A DNA stretch of 64,000 nt from Cystobasidiomycetes sp. EMM_F5 (lineage: Eukaryota). The notes under the pieces are model-generated. The model was given only the letters and a program-made list of their open reading frames with translations, ran no database searches and was not told the origin of the DNA. A program made the position numbers and the translations under genes. Below, piece by piece: positions 36,535-48,117 of this stretch; position 1 is the first letter of the stretch; each line of letters opens with the position of its first letter. The stretch is from assembly GCA_051047955.1 (NCBI GenBank), contig JBPGPT010000020.1, positions 1 to 64,000 of the forward strand, in the 5' to 3' direction.

Positions 36535-37838
36535 GATGGATCAAGAAATTGCAGACAGATATTCATAAGAAAGGAGTTGTAGGAAGACATTCACCAGGGG
36601 AAGCCACGGTTTGTTGAATGACCGTCAAGGTGTGTCGACCAGACCAAATAGCGACGCCCAGCCAGTTGAGGCGTCAGTATTTGTAGCGGCCATAGATGGG
36701 CGGACAGACGCGTGGAAAGAAACGAGAGAAGGGCAGTCAGCAAGAATTTGGCGCATTTCGAAATGCTGAGTGCTCCGCAGGCAGGACAAGGCAGTGTTTC
36801 AAGCGGGTCTCGCTTTCGGCGAACCTGTCCAACGCCGCCTCGCCGTCATTCCAAAGATGGTATGCGGCTTCCGAACATGTAGGCGGAATGCGTCTCGAGG
36901 AGGTCGCACGAAATGACAGATAGCTTGTAGCCTTGGCCTGCATTCGGCCACTCTTGTACCATGATGACGGCAAGCAGAACTTACAAAGTTGGACCTCCAG
37001 CTGCAGCTTTGGTCAGCGACGCTATCGACGCAGCTAGCGGGCTCGATTTGGATGTCCATGTTTCGGACGTGCGCCTTAATTCGCTACTTGGTCCAGGTTC
37101 TCGCACAACATTATAACGCTTGAGTGGCATTGCAGCGATAATGCCGGCTTCGTTAAGAAGAAGCTGTGAAACCGATGAGAACGAGCTGTGAAATGACAAG
37201 CCGCCAAGAATGGCCCAAAATATTCGCGTCCGGTATCCAAGTCTGCAGTCTCCTATCCACACAGAAGGGCACAAAGCGCTCGTCTTGTCGATGGGAATGT
37301 CCTGCTGCCCCAAGAATTGACGAATGCTGCTGAAATAGCCTCCGGTACTCTAGCCCTCTTCCCAAGGCTCTTAATGAGGCAGACCTACGCAATCTGATAA
37401 CGAAGATACCTGAACCTGACACGTGAGAGATGCTGTTTGACGTTTTGGCGTCCTAATCAGAAGCTGGCTTACAGCAAGAGTCGCATCCGGTGGATCCGGA
37501 TCCCAACTCACGTTATATACTCTCAGCGGACTGGCATCGCAGTACTAGCCAGGTAAACGATGCGACGGCGGAGACAGAGAGTTCGGGATCCAGGTGCAGA
37601 GGATCCAGTCGCTGATCAATCTAGGAAGACGCACGAATGCATCATGATGCAAGATCATACGCCCATCGATACATATGTGGAAAGGCAAGCGACAAGGTAA
37701 AGCATTGACCTAATTAGGGTTTGTTTCTCCGGAGAGAGAGTCGATCAAGCAAAGCGCAATAAAGTTAAAGCCGGCAAGACCTGCTTATCGAGTATACTCG
37801 CTTGGCTTTCTTCCAATTTGTCCCGTCACGTCAAGCGA

Positions 37839-39276
37839 CTAGATAGCTGATCTCCAATTGCCGTTTTCTGCAAACAACTGACCGACCTTTTCCGCTACCG
37901 CTAACAAATGCATATCTCTAAAGCGCGACGATACTAACTGAATGCCTATAGGGAGTCCGCTAGACCCTCCGAACCCGGGTACATTTATGGCGGGAACATG
38001 CAATGTCTGCGAATATGCATATCAGCCTCCTCATAAAACCGTGACACGGCCTGCTCACAGTCCATAGACTGCAGAAACTGGCATCTCCTGTATGATGCAG
38101 ACCAGCAGGTGCTTCCCCTGGAGCGCCTAGCGTGATAATAGCATCGTAACCCGCAGCCATCTCGTCAAAGCGGCTTCGTAGGTGGGAGAACGTATCCAGC
38201 GCTATTCGATACTCGGTCATTGACACTTTGGCTCCATGGGCTATGTGCCCAAGGATCATGCCGTCGATGTCATCTGTTCCAAATATCGTTTCGCTTCGCA
38301 TATTTACATACACTTCCTTCGTGTAAATCTGCCGAGACCACTCTGGCCACCCGGCAAACTCATCTGGCAACTGCAGTTCTTCGACGATGCAGCCTTGCTG
38401 CCTCAGCAGATCCACTGCTGCTTCTAATGCTTGCACTCCATCAGGCGTTGCACGATCCCAAACGGCAGCAGGTTTGCACACTGCAAACTTGGCTCCCTCT
38501 AAACCTTCAAAGATTGAGGGTGCGTCTTGAGAAAGTCCAAACGCCTCTGCTATCAGAAGTTGGTCCACAACGCTGCGTGAAAAGAAGCCGATGGTGTCCA
38601 GGGTCGGCGCGTATCCCCGCGTGCCCCAGATTGGAATAAGACCATATGTTGGCTTGAAGCCAAAAATGCCGCAGAATGAAGCAGGTCGGACAACACTACC
38701 TATCGTCTGAGTTCCAATGCTGATGGGAACGTGATAGTCGGCTACAGCAGCTGCAGATCCAGATGAACTTCCTCCGGGAGTATGGCCAACGTTGAGCGGA
38801 TTTTGCGTTGCTCTGCCATTCATGGTGTTGGCAAACTCTGTAGTGACAGTCTTGCCCGCGATGATGCAACCTGCTTGTCGTAGTACTGCGACGACTGCTG
38901 CATCAAAGGTTGCCGGATCATTGCAACGGTTAGATCCATGAAGCGTTGGGAGGTCTGTAGAGGTCTCGTGGCATCAGATAAACATAAAACCAGCTCGAAG
39001 GGTTTGCATCGCACCTTGGGTATAGATAATATCCTTCACGGCGACCGGAACGCCGTACAGACGTCCCCGATGCTGCTCGGGCAATGCTTCCAGGCGCTTC
39101 ACTTCCCTTGCAACTTGCTTCTCGTCGAAGATATCCCACGCACTCAGTGATTGCCGTTCGTTGACACGCTGCGCGACAGCATCGGCGACTTCCGAAACCG
39201 AGGTAATTCCATCCCGACAATCTTTCGCGATCTCGGTAGCCGTCCGCTTGTTGATGGCAGGAATAGACTGGGCCAT
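37839..39276 (-). CDS. Amidase-signature family enzyme (short type)
   Basis: LYGVPVAVKDII (catalytic Lys), GKTVTTEFA, TPGGSSSGSAAAVA, GTQTIGSVVRPASFCG and LPIGIQLV. Confidence 0.9.
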
Positions 39277-39370
39277 CACATGAATGCAGAGACCATCAGC
39301 ACACGTTCATAGATCAATCTCGATGACTGAAGCAAAAGGCCATACAAAGCCGAAATCTGGCCGGTTACAG

Positions 39371-39428
39371 TCACGTGATCTCTTTGAGCTTGCCATATAT
39401 TTGAGCGACCTTGCTCGTTATCTTATCA
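39371..39428. promoter_or_regulatory. Bidirectional amidase promoter with palindromic TCACGTGA E-box and tandem GATAA sites
   Basis: TCACGTGA at 39371-39378 and TTATCTTATCA (two HGATAR sites on the - strand) at 39418-39428, within the 177-bp gap between the two ATGs. Confidence 0.4.
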
Positions 39429-39453
39429 CGGCTTAACTGACTCATGGCGCAGA

Positions 39454-41554
39454 ATGGATCACAATTCCCTGCCGTGGCCAGCTGTACGCTCAAGAGCATG
39501 TGCGCAATGATGTCGGGACTGACACCTAATAGCATGCGAAACGAGCGGTCGCAGACGTCCTCGCAGCTATACCGCAGGAATGGCGCATCAGCAGCCACGA
39601 TCTCGCAATGTATCCTCTGGGGTCTGATATACGGCCCATCGTCGAAACTTGCAACCTTCTTAGCCCTAGGGAACTCGAAATAACAAGCATCAAGAATGAC
39701 GCGACCGGTATACTTGCCCAGCTGGCTGACGGGAAGTTGACCGCATCCGAGACTCTCACAGCCTTCGCCAAACGTACGGCAATAGCACATCAAGCTGTTT
39801 CATGTCTGGCAGGGTTTTGCTACGAGCGTGCACTCGTCAAAGCGCGAGAATTGGATGCAAGATACAGTGCTACAGGCCGGCCTGTCGGACCCTTGCATGG
39901 CATGCATGCCGCATATGTCTACAGCAGAGTACCTCTGATGTTTCGCTTTCTTGCAGGGTTGCCAATTAGCGTTAAAAGCCAAATCAACGTAACCGGGACC
40001 GTATCGTCCGCGGGCTTCTCCAAATTTGCCGTCGCAGACAGCGATGCACTCATTGTGCGCATACTGGAAGACGCTGGGGCAGTTGTCTTCTGCAAGACGA
40101 ATCTACCACAGGCAATCATGCAGCTGGAGACGCATTCCTTCTGGGGCTTGACGGTAAACCCCTTCAATACCAGTCTCTCGCCAGGAGGGTCGTCTGGAGG
40201 ATGTTCAGCATTACTGGCGTTTGGCGGCTCCCCTGCATCGTTCGGGACTGACATCGGAGGTTCCGTTCGAAATCCTGCAGCCAGCACGGGCCTGTGGACG
40301 CTCAAGCCAACGACGAATCGGTTGCCTCGGAGTAGGTCACTTATCGTTGCAACATCGCTCGCTAACGTGCAATATAATCTGGACCAGGTGGTATGTTTCG
40401 CTTGAACGTTGGCTTCGACTCCATCTTGGCTTCGGTCGGGCCTATTTGTCGTAGTCTGCGCGACGTCGACCTCTTCATGCGCGTTATTATAGCTGCAGAA
40501 GCCTGGAACATCGAGCATTCGCTCGTGCCTCTTCCGTGGAGGAGTGGCATGGTTCCTTCGTACAAAGGCACCGGCAATCGCATTCGTGTCGGGATCATGC
40601 GACACGACGATGTGGTGCGACCACATCCACCGATACAGAGAGGTATCGATTACCTCGAACAGAAGCTGCGAAACAGGCCTGGGATTGAAATCGTATCTTA
40701 CAGTACGCAATTGGCTCACCCGCCAAGTCTGTCAACTGACAGTCAGGCTGTATAGATCCGTACAAGCATCGCGAGGGAGGCGACATTGCAGTAAGCTGGC
40801 CAGCAGAGAGGTCGTAGAATACGCTGACATTGACTACAGGCTGCCCTGTACTACCCAGATGGGGCAGTGCGCTTGCGAGAGGCCGCTCAAGCCGCTCAGG
40901 ACCCTATCTTACCGCTGACAGAGTGGGTGATCAGCCGACCATCGATAACAACAATCCAGAATATGGCAGACGTTTGGAAGGTGAGCCGAGCTCAAGTGCT
41001 CTGGTAAAGGCGCATGAGCTGAGTCGATAGGTTCTCTCAGCTAAACGACGCGCGAGAGACATTCAGACAGGAATACCTCGCCCATTGGACAAAAACGAAC
41101 ATTGACGTTCTGATATGCCCTGCGTCCCCTCAAACTGCGGCACAGCTGGGCACAAGCAAGTATTGGGGATACACCTCCATCTGTAAGTTCGAGATGATTT
41201 TGAAAGTGCCAGCTTTGACACGAGGACCTGCACACCGCATCCACAGACAATCTACTCGATTTCAGTGCCGCAGTGTTTCCAACGGGCTTATTCGTTGACG
41301 AGAAACTGGATCCTAAGCCAGCTTCAATTCAGTCGATGTCCGCAGAGGATACAGAGGTAGCAGGCCTCTGTGAGCCACTGTAGTCTGTTGATTCAAGCGA
41401 TTACTGACGGAGGGCTGTGTTTATGCACCCAGATTCTCCCTCCGCATACAGGAATACACCCATCTGCTTGCAAGCGGTGGCGGCTCGATACGAGGACGAA
41501 AAGTTGATAGCTATTCTGACCGAGCTAGAACAGTATCTGCACATGCCGACATAG
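39454..41554 (+). CDS. Acetamidase/general amidase (AmdS/Amd2-like), multi-exon
   Basis: IPQEW, AFAKRTAIAHQ, GPLHG|LPISVK, KTNLPQ, SPGGSSGGCSALL, GTDIGGSVRNPA, YWGYTSI and PICLQAVAARYEDEKL. Confidence 0.9.
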
Positions 41555-41657
41555 TCGTGGTGATTTAGCTTCTGATCGGTGTTCACTGTATAGCCACTTG
41601 ATTGCTGCGACCAGTCTGATTTCTGGTGTGAATCTCAGCCTGGACTGCCGTCACAGA

Positions 41658-42955
41658 ATGCCGCCCGCTGCTGATCTAGCGAATGGTACAACGGGCGAGA
41701 CGTCCTTCTCGTCAGAAACCTTTTTCGAAACGCAAGACCCGCCAGCCAAACTAGAGCAGACTCTCAGCGTGGTTCGTTCATTCATTAGAAAGCATGCTGC
41801 AGCGCGCCGCAAGGTCGTGCTCGTGACTGTGAGTCTGGCGGGTCGGTAGGGTCTCGAATAGTTCGAAGCTGACAGTGACAGATCGACATCAGAGCGGCGG
41901 AACAACTGTGCCATTAGAGCACAACGTGTACGGGAGCGGAACACCAGACATTTCAACGATACAATAGCGCTGAGTTTGCTACCACCTTAGCGTCCGTTTT
42001 CTTGACAACTTTTCGGCTGGCACACGCGGGGCAGCCTCTGCAGAGCAATTTCTACAGAATGGAGACTATGCCGTCATATTTCTGCACAGACAACACAGTC
42101 TGCAGCCATTCAGCAGACACTACAGCCATTCCACGAATCCCTTCCTTAGCCTTCTAGACGTCTCGACAGAAGCTCCGAAAGCAGATGACAGAACAGCAAA
42201 GCCATCGCCTCATCCCTATATTCACGTCAAGCCAGCAGAACAAGCGCGAATGGTAACCGTACTGCAAGCGTACCAGCGGGTTCAGGCGATGGATCTGCTA
42301 CATTCATTGCCTTTCGTCACGGTGTTTGATTACCTATTCTTACTCAGAGGTATCGCTCATCTTATGAGCGAGCGTTTAGACGGCGGCTATAGCGTTGGTC
42401 AATCAGGCATGTACTATCTGGCGGCAGCCGTGAGCGATTTCTTCATACCGCAGCAAAAAATGGTGGGTCGTACAATATCAACGAAACAACGCATAGTGTC
42501 AGCGAGCTAACGCAATTATAGTCGGAACACAAAATACAATCCGGAAAAGGCGCACTTGTTATTGAGATGGACCAAGTCCCAAAGATCCTGCGATCTCTTG
42601 TGCAGGAGTGGTCAGCTGGTGGCTTTATCGTGTCATTCAAAGTATGTGGTCATCCTAGATTAGCTGCTCGTGCTATTGCTGAGCATATCATAACGCACAG
42701 CTCGAGACAGATCGCAAACTCATTGTACCAAAAGCGAGGGTAGCCCTCGAAAGGTATGGCCATCAGATTGTCGTGGGCAATGACTTGCACACGCGCAAAC
42801 AAGAGGTTGTGTTCGTGCAGCGCGATAGCGAAGAATGGCTTCGCATGTCTGATGAGCAGTTAGCATCGGGTGATGAAATAGAAGCAGAGATTGTGAAGCG
42901 CCTAATCAGTATGCATAATGTTCATATATCGCATAGTCCGCAAGATGTAGCATAG
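41658..42955 (+). CDS. CAB2: Phosphopantothenate-cysteine ligase
   Basis: VVLVT|SGGTTVPLE, VRFLDNFSAGTRGAASAE, YAVIFLHR, YYLAAAVSDFFIP, EHKIQS, VSFKLETD and GNDLHTRK. Confidence 0.93.
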
Positions 42956-43026
42956 TTTAGTTGTATAGCATAGACAATGGATGCCTCCTCATGTATGTGT
43001 TCGATGTACGCTTACGGCTCGTGCGC

Positions 43027-44780
43027 CTAAACTACTGACAAGCCAAATTGCCGTGCTCGCTTCAAGATGCTCTCTGCCTGGAGAATCACTGGAGCATCAA
43101 TCATTTCTGACTTGCCGCCAGAACTGTCGGCCAGTCCGTAGGCTCCTTTGCCAGCCTTGACGGCTAGCGTGTACTGTTCAATTATCCGCCGCGCCTTTTC
43201 GATCTCTGCTCATAGCGTCTATCAGCAGTACGTCGATTCATCATAAAGTTACGACTTGCCTTGCTCATTCGGCGCGAATGCACTTTGAATCGTAGGAATT
43301 TGATTCGGATGAATGATTTGCTTTGACGTAAAACCTAGCTTGCGACCTGATCATGGCTGTCAGTGTAATGTGAAGTGGTCCCCATATCTATTGTCAGCTA
43401 ACCTTCTTCGCACTCCTCCTGCAACACCTGTTGATCCTGATAATGCTGTAACAAATTCCACCAAACCGTTAGTACTGCCACCCAATGCGAGACCGTGGAG
43501 GACTCACGATGCAGACGAGATCTATTGCTCCAAGACCGTATGCTTTTGCAGCTAGCACGACAGCTGACCTGGCGTATAGCATTTCAATGCGGTTTTTGGA
43601 ACGTATTATTCCTGTATCTGCACAAAACTGATACACGTCTGGGTTGGAAATGGCATCAACGTCGTCATGAGGCGCAGCCTTACATCCTCTGCGGCAAACT
43701 AGAATAGATACTCAGTTCGCCCTCGTCCCATTTAGTCCTGGGGAAAACACTCGCCAGTAATGCATCGAGCCGGGGTGAAGCCGTAGCGATCTGGCGAGAA
43801 ATGCGATTACAAACCTGATTGATGTGCGGTCGCCAATGAGGCACGTACTTCTTTCAGATTCATGATGGCTCGGGCACTCTCGACGCTCGCAATAAGCTTG
43901 ATGTTGTCTTTCGCGTCGGCATGAGCGTGCTTTTCGACGAGATCATGAACGAAAGCAACGTCCGCCGCCGAGTGAACTTTCGGTATGACTGGAGAGTTGC
44001 TCATTCAAGCTCAGTTCTCCTGATACGGCGCAGCTCGCAGGTCGACTCACCAATGCCATCCAGTTTTGGTGACCCAAGCTGACCCAAACGTTAGCTCGCT
44101 ATCGTGGAGTCATTGTAAGGAGATCATCACGATGATTTCCAGATCGTCTTGCGCCAATCCGCTGGGTATTGAGTTAATGCGGACCAGCTTTTCGGACGAG
44201 CCGCCGGCCGCCTGCGGGGCGAGGTCAATCGGCATATATCTAATGGGTTGATCATTGAGCGGGCACTGACATCTAGCGCGCTGTCCATTGCGCAAATCAG
44301 ATGAACCATTAGATTCCATCGGTTGTTCGGCCTGACACAGAAGTTCATATGCATATGCTCACTAGAGAACCGTCTCCCTCGCTCCTACTTTCCGTTCACT
44401 AGCTACGGAGTCCTCCAAGTCGAAACATAAGGCATCAACCTCGAGCTTGAATGATTTGCGCAGCTGGTTGGGAAAGGCTGTCGGGGGTTGGCTGTCCTGT
44501 CCGCGTTACAAACATGACGTACTTTCTTGTCGTCCGAGCCTGGCACTGTAGCAGAATCACGTCGCAGACCTCAGAAGGACATGTGTGCACAAGATGACTA
44601 CGAACACGAACCATATAAAAGTCCTCGTCTCGGTCTGGGTCCATTGTTTCGCAAGGTGTCGCCAACCGGAGCATTCAGGACGGTAGACAGCAATCTTCGA
44701 CACGGCAGGCTGCCCAAGCTGCGGCGACTGGTCTGGGAGGCCGCGCCGCTGACAAGTCTTCCAGCCAATACGCAAGCCAT
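43027..44780 (-). CDS. Mitochondrial citrate-lyase-beta-like (CitE/CLYBL, HpcH/HpaI aldolase fold) protein, many exons
   Basis: Arg/Ser-rich presequence, RPRRGLLY|VPGS, FDLEDSV, VRINS, IPKVHS, ESARAIMNL, FAAED, GFTSKQIIHPNQI and MIDAPVILQA. Confidence 0.88.
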
Positions 44781-44912
44781 GGGCAAGAGAAAAGCAAAGG
44801 TTCTTCAGAACGTTGGTGCCCCATCTATATTATACCAACCCCGCCCCATACCCACGTACACCCGCAATTACAACAAATTTGTTACGCGGCCGCCTCACGC
44901 CGGGATACTTTG

Positions 44913-45258
44913 TCTTTAATGTCACGCGAGTGTTTGAAGAGCAGAACAAGACAGGCTCTAAGACCCGCATGCTCGCCGGCACTAGTTACGCTCGCTCCCG
45001 TCCTCGGTTTCGTCCTCAGATTCGTACTCCCTCCATGCGGACTACCTATCGATCAAGCACGACTTTGCCTACTGCTGGCAGGCGAACGATGTCGCGGTCG
45101 AGCTTACCCTTTGCGGCGCGTGCTACCGCTCGAAGAGCACGTCGGACTTCAGGAGTAGATTTCCCGGCCCACTTTCTGCGACACAACGCAGCGGGCTCCC
45201 CGCAGCCCTCCCGATCTGAGTCACATTACTGGCTGAGCGGACAGAACATTTTGCTTTT
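44913..45258 (+). ncRNA. Candidate structured non-coding RNA, family unassigned
   Basis: At least nine mutually compatible helices found by eye. Four contain G-U pairs that work only on the + strand. The segment is intergenic and ends in TTTTGCTTTT. Confidence 0.45.
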
Positions 45259-45282
45259 CGTAGACTCGACGAGGACAATCTC

Positions 45283-47219
45283 TCATAGATCGTCGTTTTG
45301 AGCCTTGTATTCATCAATGACGACCAGTTTCTCCTGATGTACAGTCGGCAGACCAACTTGATATTGTGGTGCAGACGTGCCTTGACCTGAAACACCTGGG
45401 AGTGTTTCGCGAATCACCACATTCTCAGACCGCCAGGCTCGCACCAGGTTGTAGTTGAATGTAGCTACGACCAGATTGCAGACGATGGTGTAAATAAAAG
45501 TGAAGCCATCCGAGATCTTGTATAAGCGAATGAGGGGAATGTCAAAATTAACTACGGCACTCCAAACTATAGAAGCGGGACTCACAAATTCACTCAAGCT
45601 CCACGAGGTCGTGGTCGTCCCAAACGCAACGATTGCGCATAGCCCGACAAGTAGGCCAAGAATGCACGTAGATGTCAAAGGAACAGCGAAAGTAAGATCC
45701 GACGTCAATCGACGCAATGCAATATCGCTCCTGCTCGTTACTGAAAACGTTGTCCTTTCGGCCATAGTTGACCTGAACGGGCCACTACCTGCTGAAATCC
45801 CGCTTTGCGGCACGCCTGCATCGATCGATAGGCTCGTGTGTTGCGCACCAGAGTGCAGTTCCGACGAAGCAGAGATCGTCTTGATCTGCTTTACGTGACG
45901 CCGGAGGGTGAGCACAAGCAGAAGGCTGTACACGTTGATCTGTGACAGCATTAGCTACCCGAACGCTATGCACACGGTCTCGCTTACGAGCAGGATAACG
46001 GTAACGTATACGATGCACTGTCAGTAGAAAGAGTCAGTACGCCTAGCATTTGCAGTCAGCGGCCGGTGACACTCACCAGGATAGACGCCGTTTTGGCATA
46101 TACCACGGCCATTGATACAGTCTGCTCGAAATAGACTCAGTTTAGCATAAAACGTCAGAACGTTAGAATGCAATAGACGCACTGGTTGCAGCGACACATA
46201 TAGAGCTTGAGCTGATGTGAGAGACATGATGTCAAAGGCTTGGCCGGCATTGATGGCGGCGAGAGCCGCCTGCAGTGGCTGACGGATTTTGGCTGCGGCG
46301 ATAACAACGATGTTGATGGCATTGTCGGTCAGGATGACGAGAGGCTGCAAGCCGGCGAGTGAGCTTCCTGAGCAAAGTTTAGCTTCGATGGGTCGACTCA
46401 CTATGAGAGTTGCGAGCATGAGGACGATATACCCGATCCAAGCCTGCAATAGTGAAAGCGTTCAGTCAGCACGCTAATCAGTAAATCGAGAAATGTTTAC
46501 ATTCATGATTACTCACCACATTGTATATCCAAGCGTGCCGTCTTCGAGACGCTACTCCCTTTAGTCTTGTTTGTGCGGTCAGCGTCGCAAACAGGTTGCT
46601 GAGGCTACACATACACATATGGTCAGCGGTCTGTAACAATCTGTGGGCGCGATCGACTGACCTGAATGTGTATGCTTGGATAATCACGACGTACCACGGG
46701 GTAAACGTCGTTGCTAGCTGAAAAGTACGCGGTCCATTCGACTTGTCTACAATAAAGTAATTCCAGTTGTATACCCGGCTGACAATCTGGCCAGAGACTG
46801 CTATAAGGCCAGTAAAGACGAAGAATGGAATAGCATTGATGGCTATGCTTCTCGCGCCACTGGTGTTATCGCCGTCTGCTCGCTTAAGCCGGATGAGCCA
46901 CAAGTCTCGCTTGTATTTTCGCGAATATACGACAAAAAGCGTGAGAAAGGCGATGGATTGAGTTGCGAGCCTGTAGGGAATGCATACGTTGGACTCAGTC
47001 AGTGCATGAAAAGAGTGAAGTCCTCGAAAACGTACAAACCACATATGACAAACTGCACGATCAAGTCTATTCGATAATGTGCAGGTGCTTTCGGCTGCAA
47101 ATTATCCTGGCCACGGCAATTCAACGTCAGCAGAAGACAGGACACCGTGGCATAGTAGTGCTCACAAGCTGTTGCAAGGCATCAGCTATCAAAGTAGCGA
47201 AGCTTCCGGTTGAGGCCAT
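45283..47219 (-). CDS. Orphan multi-pass (about 7 TM) membrane protein
   Basis: Hand-spliced from MASTGSFATLIADALQQL through ORFs 46478, 46021 and 45283. About seven hydrophobic segments. No family motif recognised. Confidence 0.65.
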
Positions 47220-48117
47220 ATTGAGGGTGTTCGTTTGTGCGGAGTGGGATATCTCCAACCCAGTCGACTGTCTCGCCGGCCGCTCTGTCCTTGGGGCGCG
47301 GTACGTTCAAAGCGGGGCACGACAGCCGGTATTTCAAATCTCGAGCGGTCGGAACGGACGGACAAGTCCAACGTTAAGGAGTGCCTTTTCTCCAGCTAAC
47401 GCACAGTATAGTGCAAGTGAGTTGTGTCGGTCGTAGTCTAGAATTGGTCAGAGTCGGGTGGTGTCGCACTTCCAGCCTTTCAGCCCTTCGGCGAAGGCAA
47501 CGATGGCGTGGTGCTCTCTTCCAAACCCGTCGAAGGATCACAACAGCGCTGATTTCCTGTCCGCTTAGCATTCTGCTCTCCTCGCGGACAAGGCTGCAAT
47601 TTGACCTGGTTGCGTCCAGCCACCTTCCCCCTGCCCAAGCATTCCTGTCAATGTTGCCATTTCCGGGCGCCAACCCACAAGGAATGGTCAGCCAAATTCG
47701 ATGCGGAGGTTTTATCAGTAGTATCAGCAATCAAGAATCAAGCAGCAGATCGATCATTCGGCTTGTATTTATCGCCGTCGTTGATGGTTGAGCATCCATT
47801 TCCAAATCGTCGGATCGCAAATCCATCGCAACGAGGATGAAGACGACGGGCTGTCAGCTGCTGGGCAAGGCCAAAGCATGGTCAGAGCATGTCCATGTCG
47901 TGTGCTGAGTATATGCAGCAGCATCATCGATACAGACTGCCTTTGCGAATGTCGTGCCGAATTTGGAGTTCGTTCAAGCGACGATAAACTCCAAATATGC
48001 TGCAAAACGGCCCTTTGCTTTTCGCCAAAGGTCAATTGCGATGATCTGATGGTCTAATAACGGGAGCACATGCATTCTACACCGCTAACAAGGCTTACTG
48101 CTGAAAAGGTCGATATC

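Noticed and set aside
41658..44780. CAB2, CLYBL-like gene and amidases as a CoA or amide metabolic cluster
   Set aside because: No pathway logic links them beyond CoA use, and adjacency is expected in a compact genome. It would need synteny support.
44998..45045. Hammerhead-like GAGGACGAAAC on the - strand and HDV-like TCCTCG on the + strand
   Set aside because: The CUGANGA core is not correctly placed relative to stem II, and no HDV P1/P3 pairing could be built.
44813..45301. 162-aa + strand ORF over the structured element
   Set aside because: Non-ATG start and no protein-like features. It is better explained by GC-rich structured sequence.
47381..48057. Possible small Cys-rich gene between the 7TM and Zip2-like genes
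   Set aside because: I could not assemble a consistent start-to-stop spliced model.
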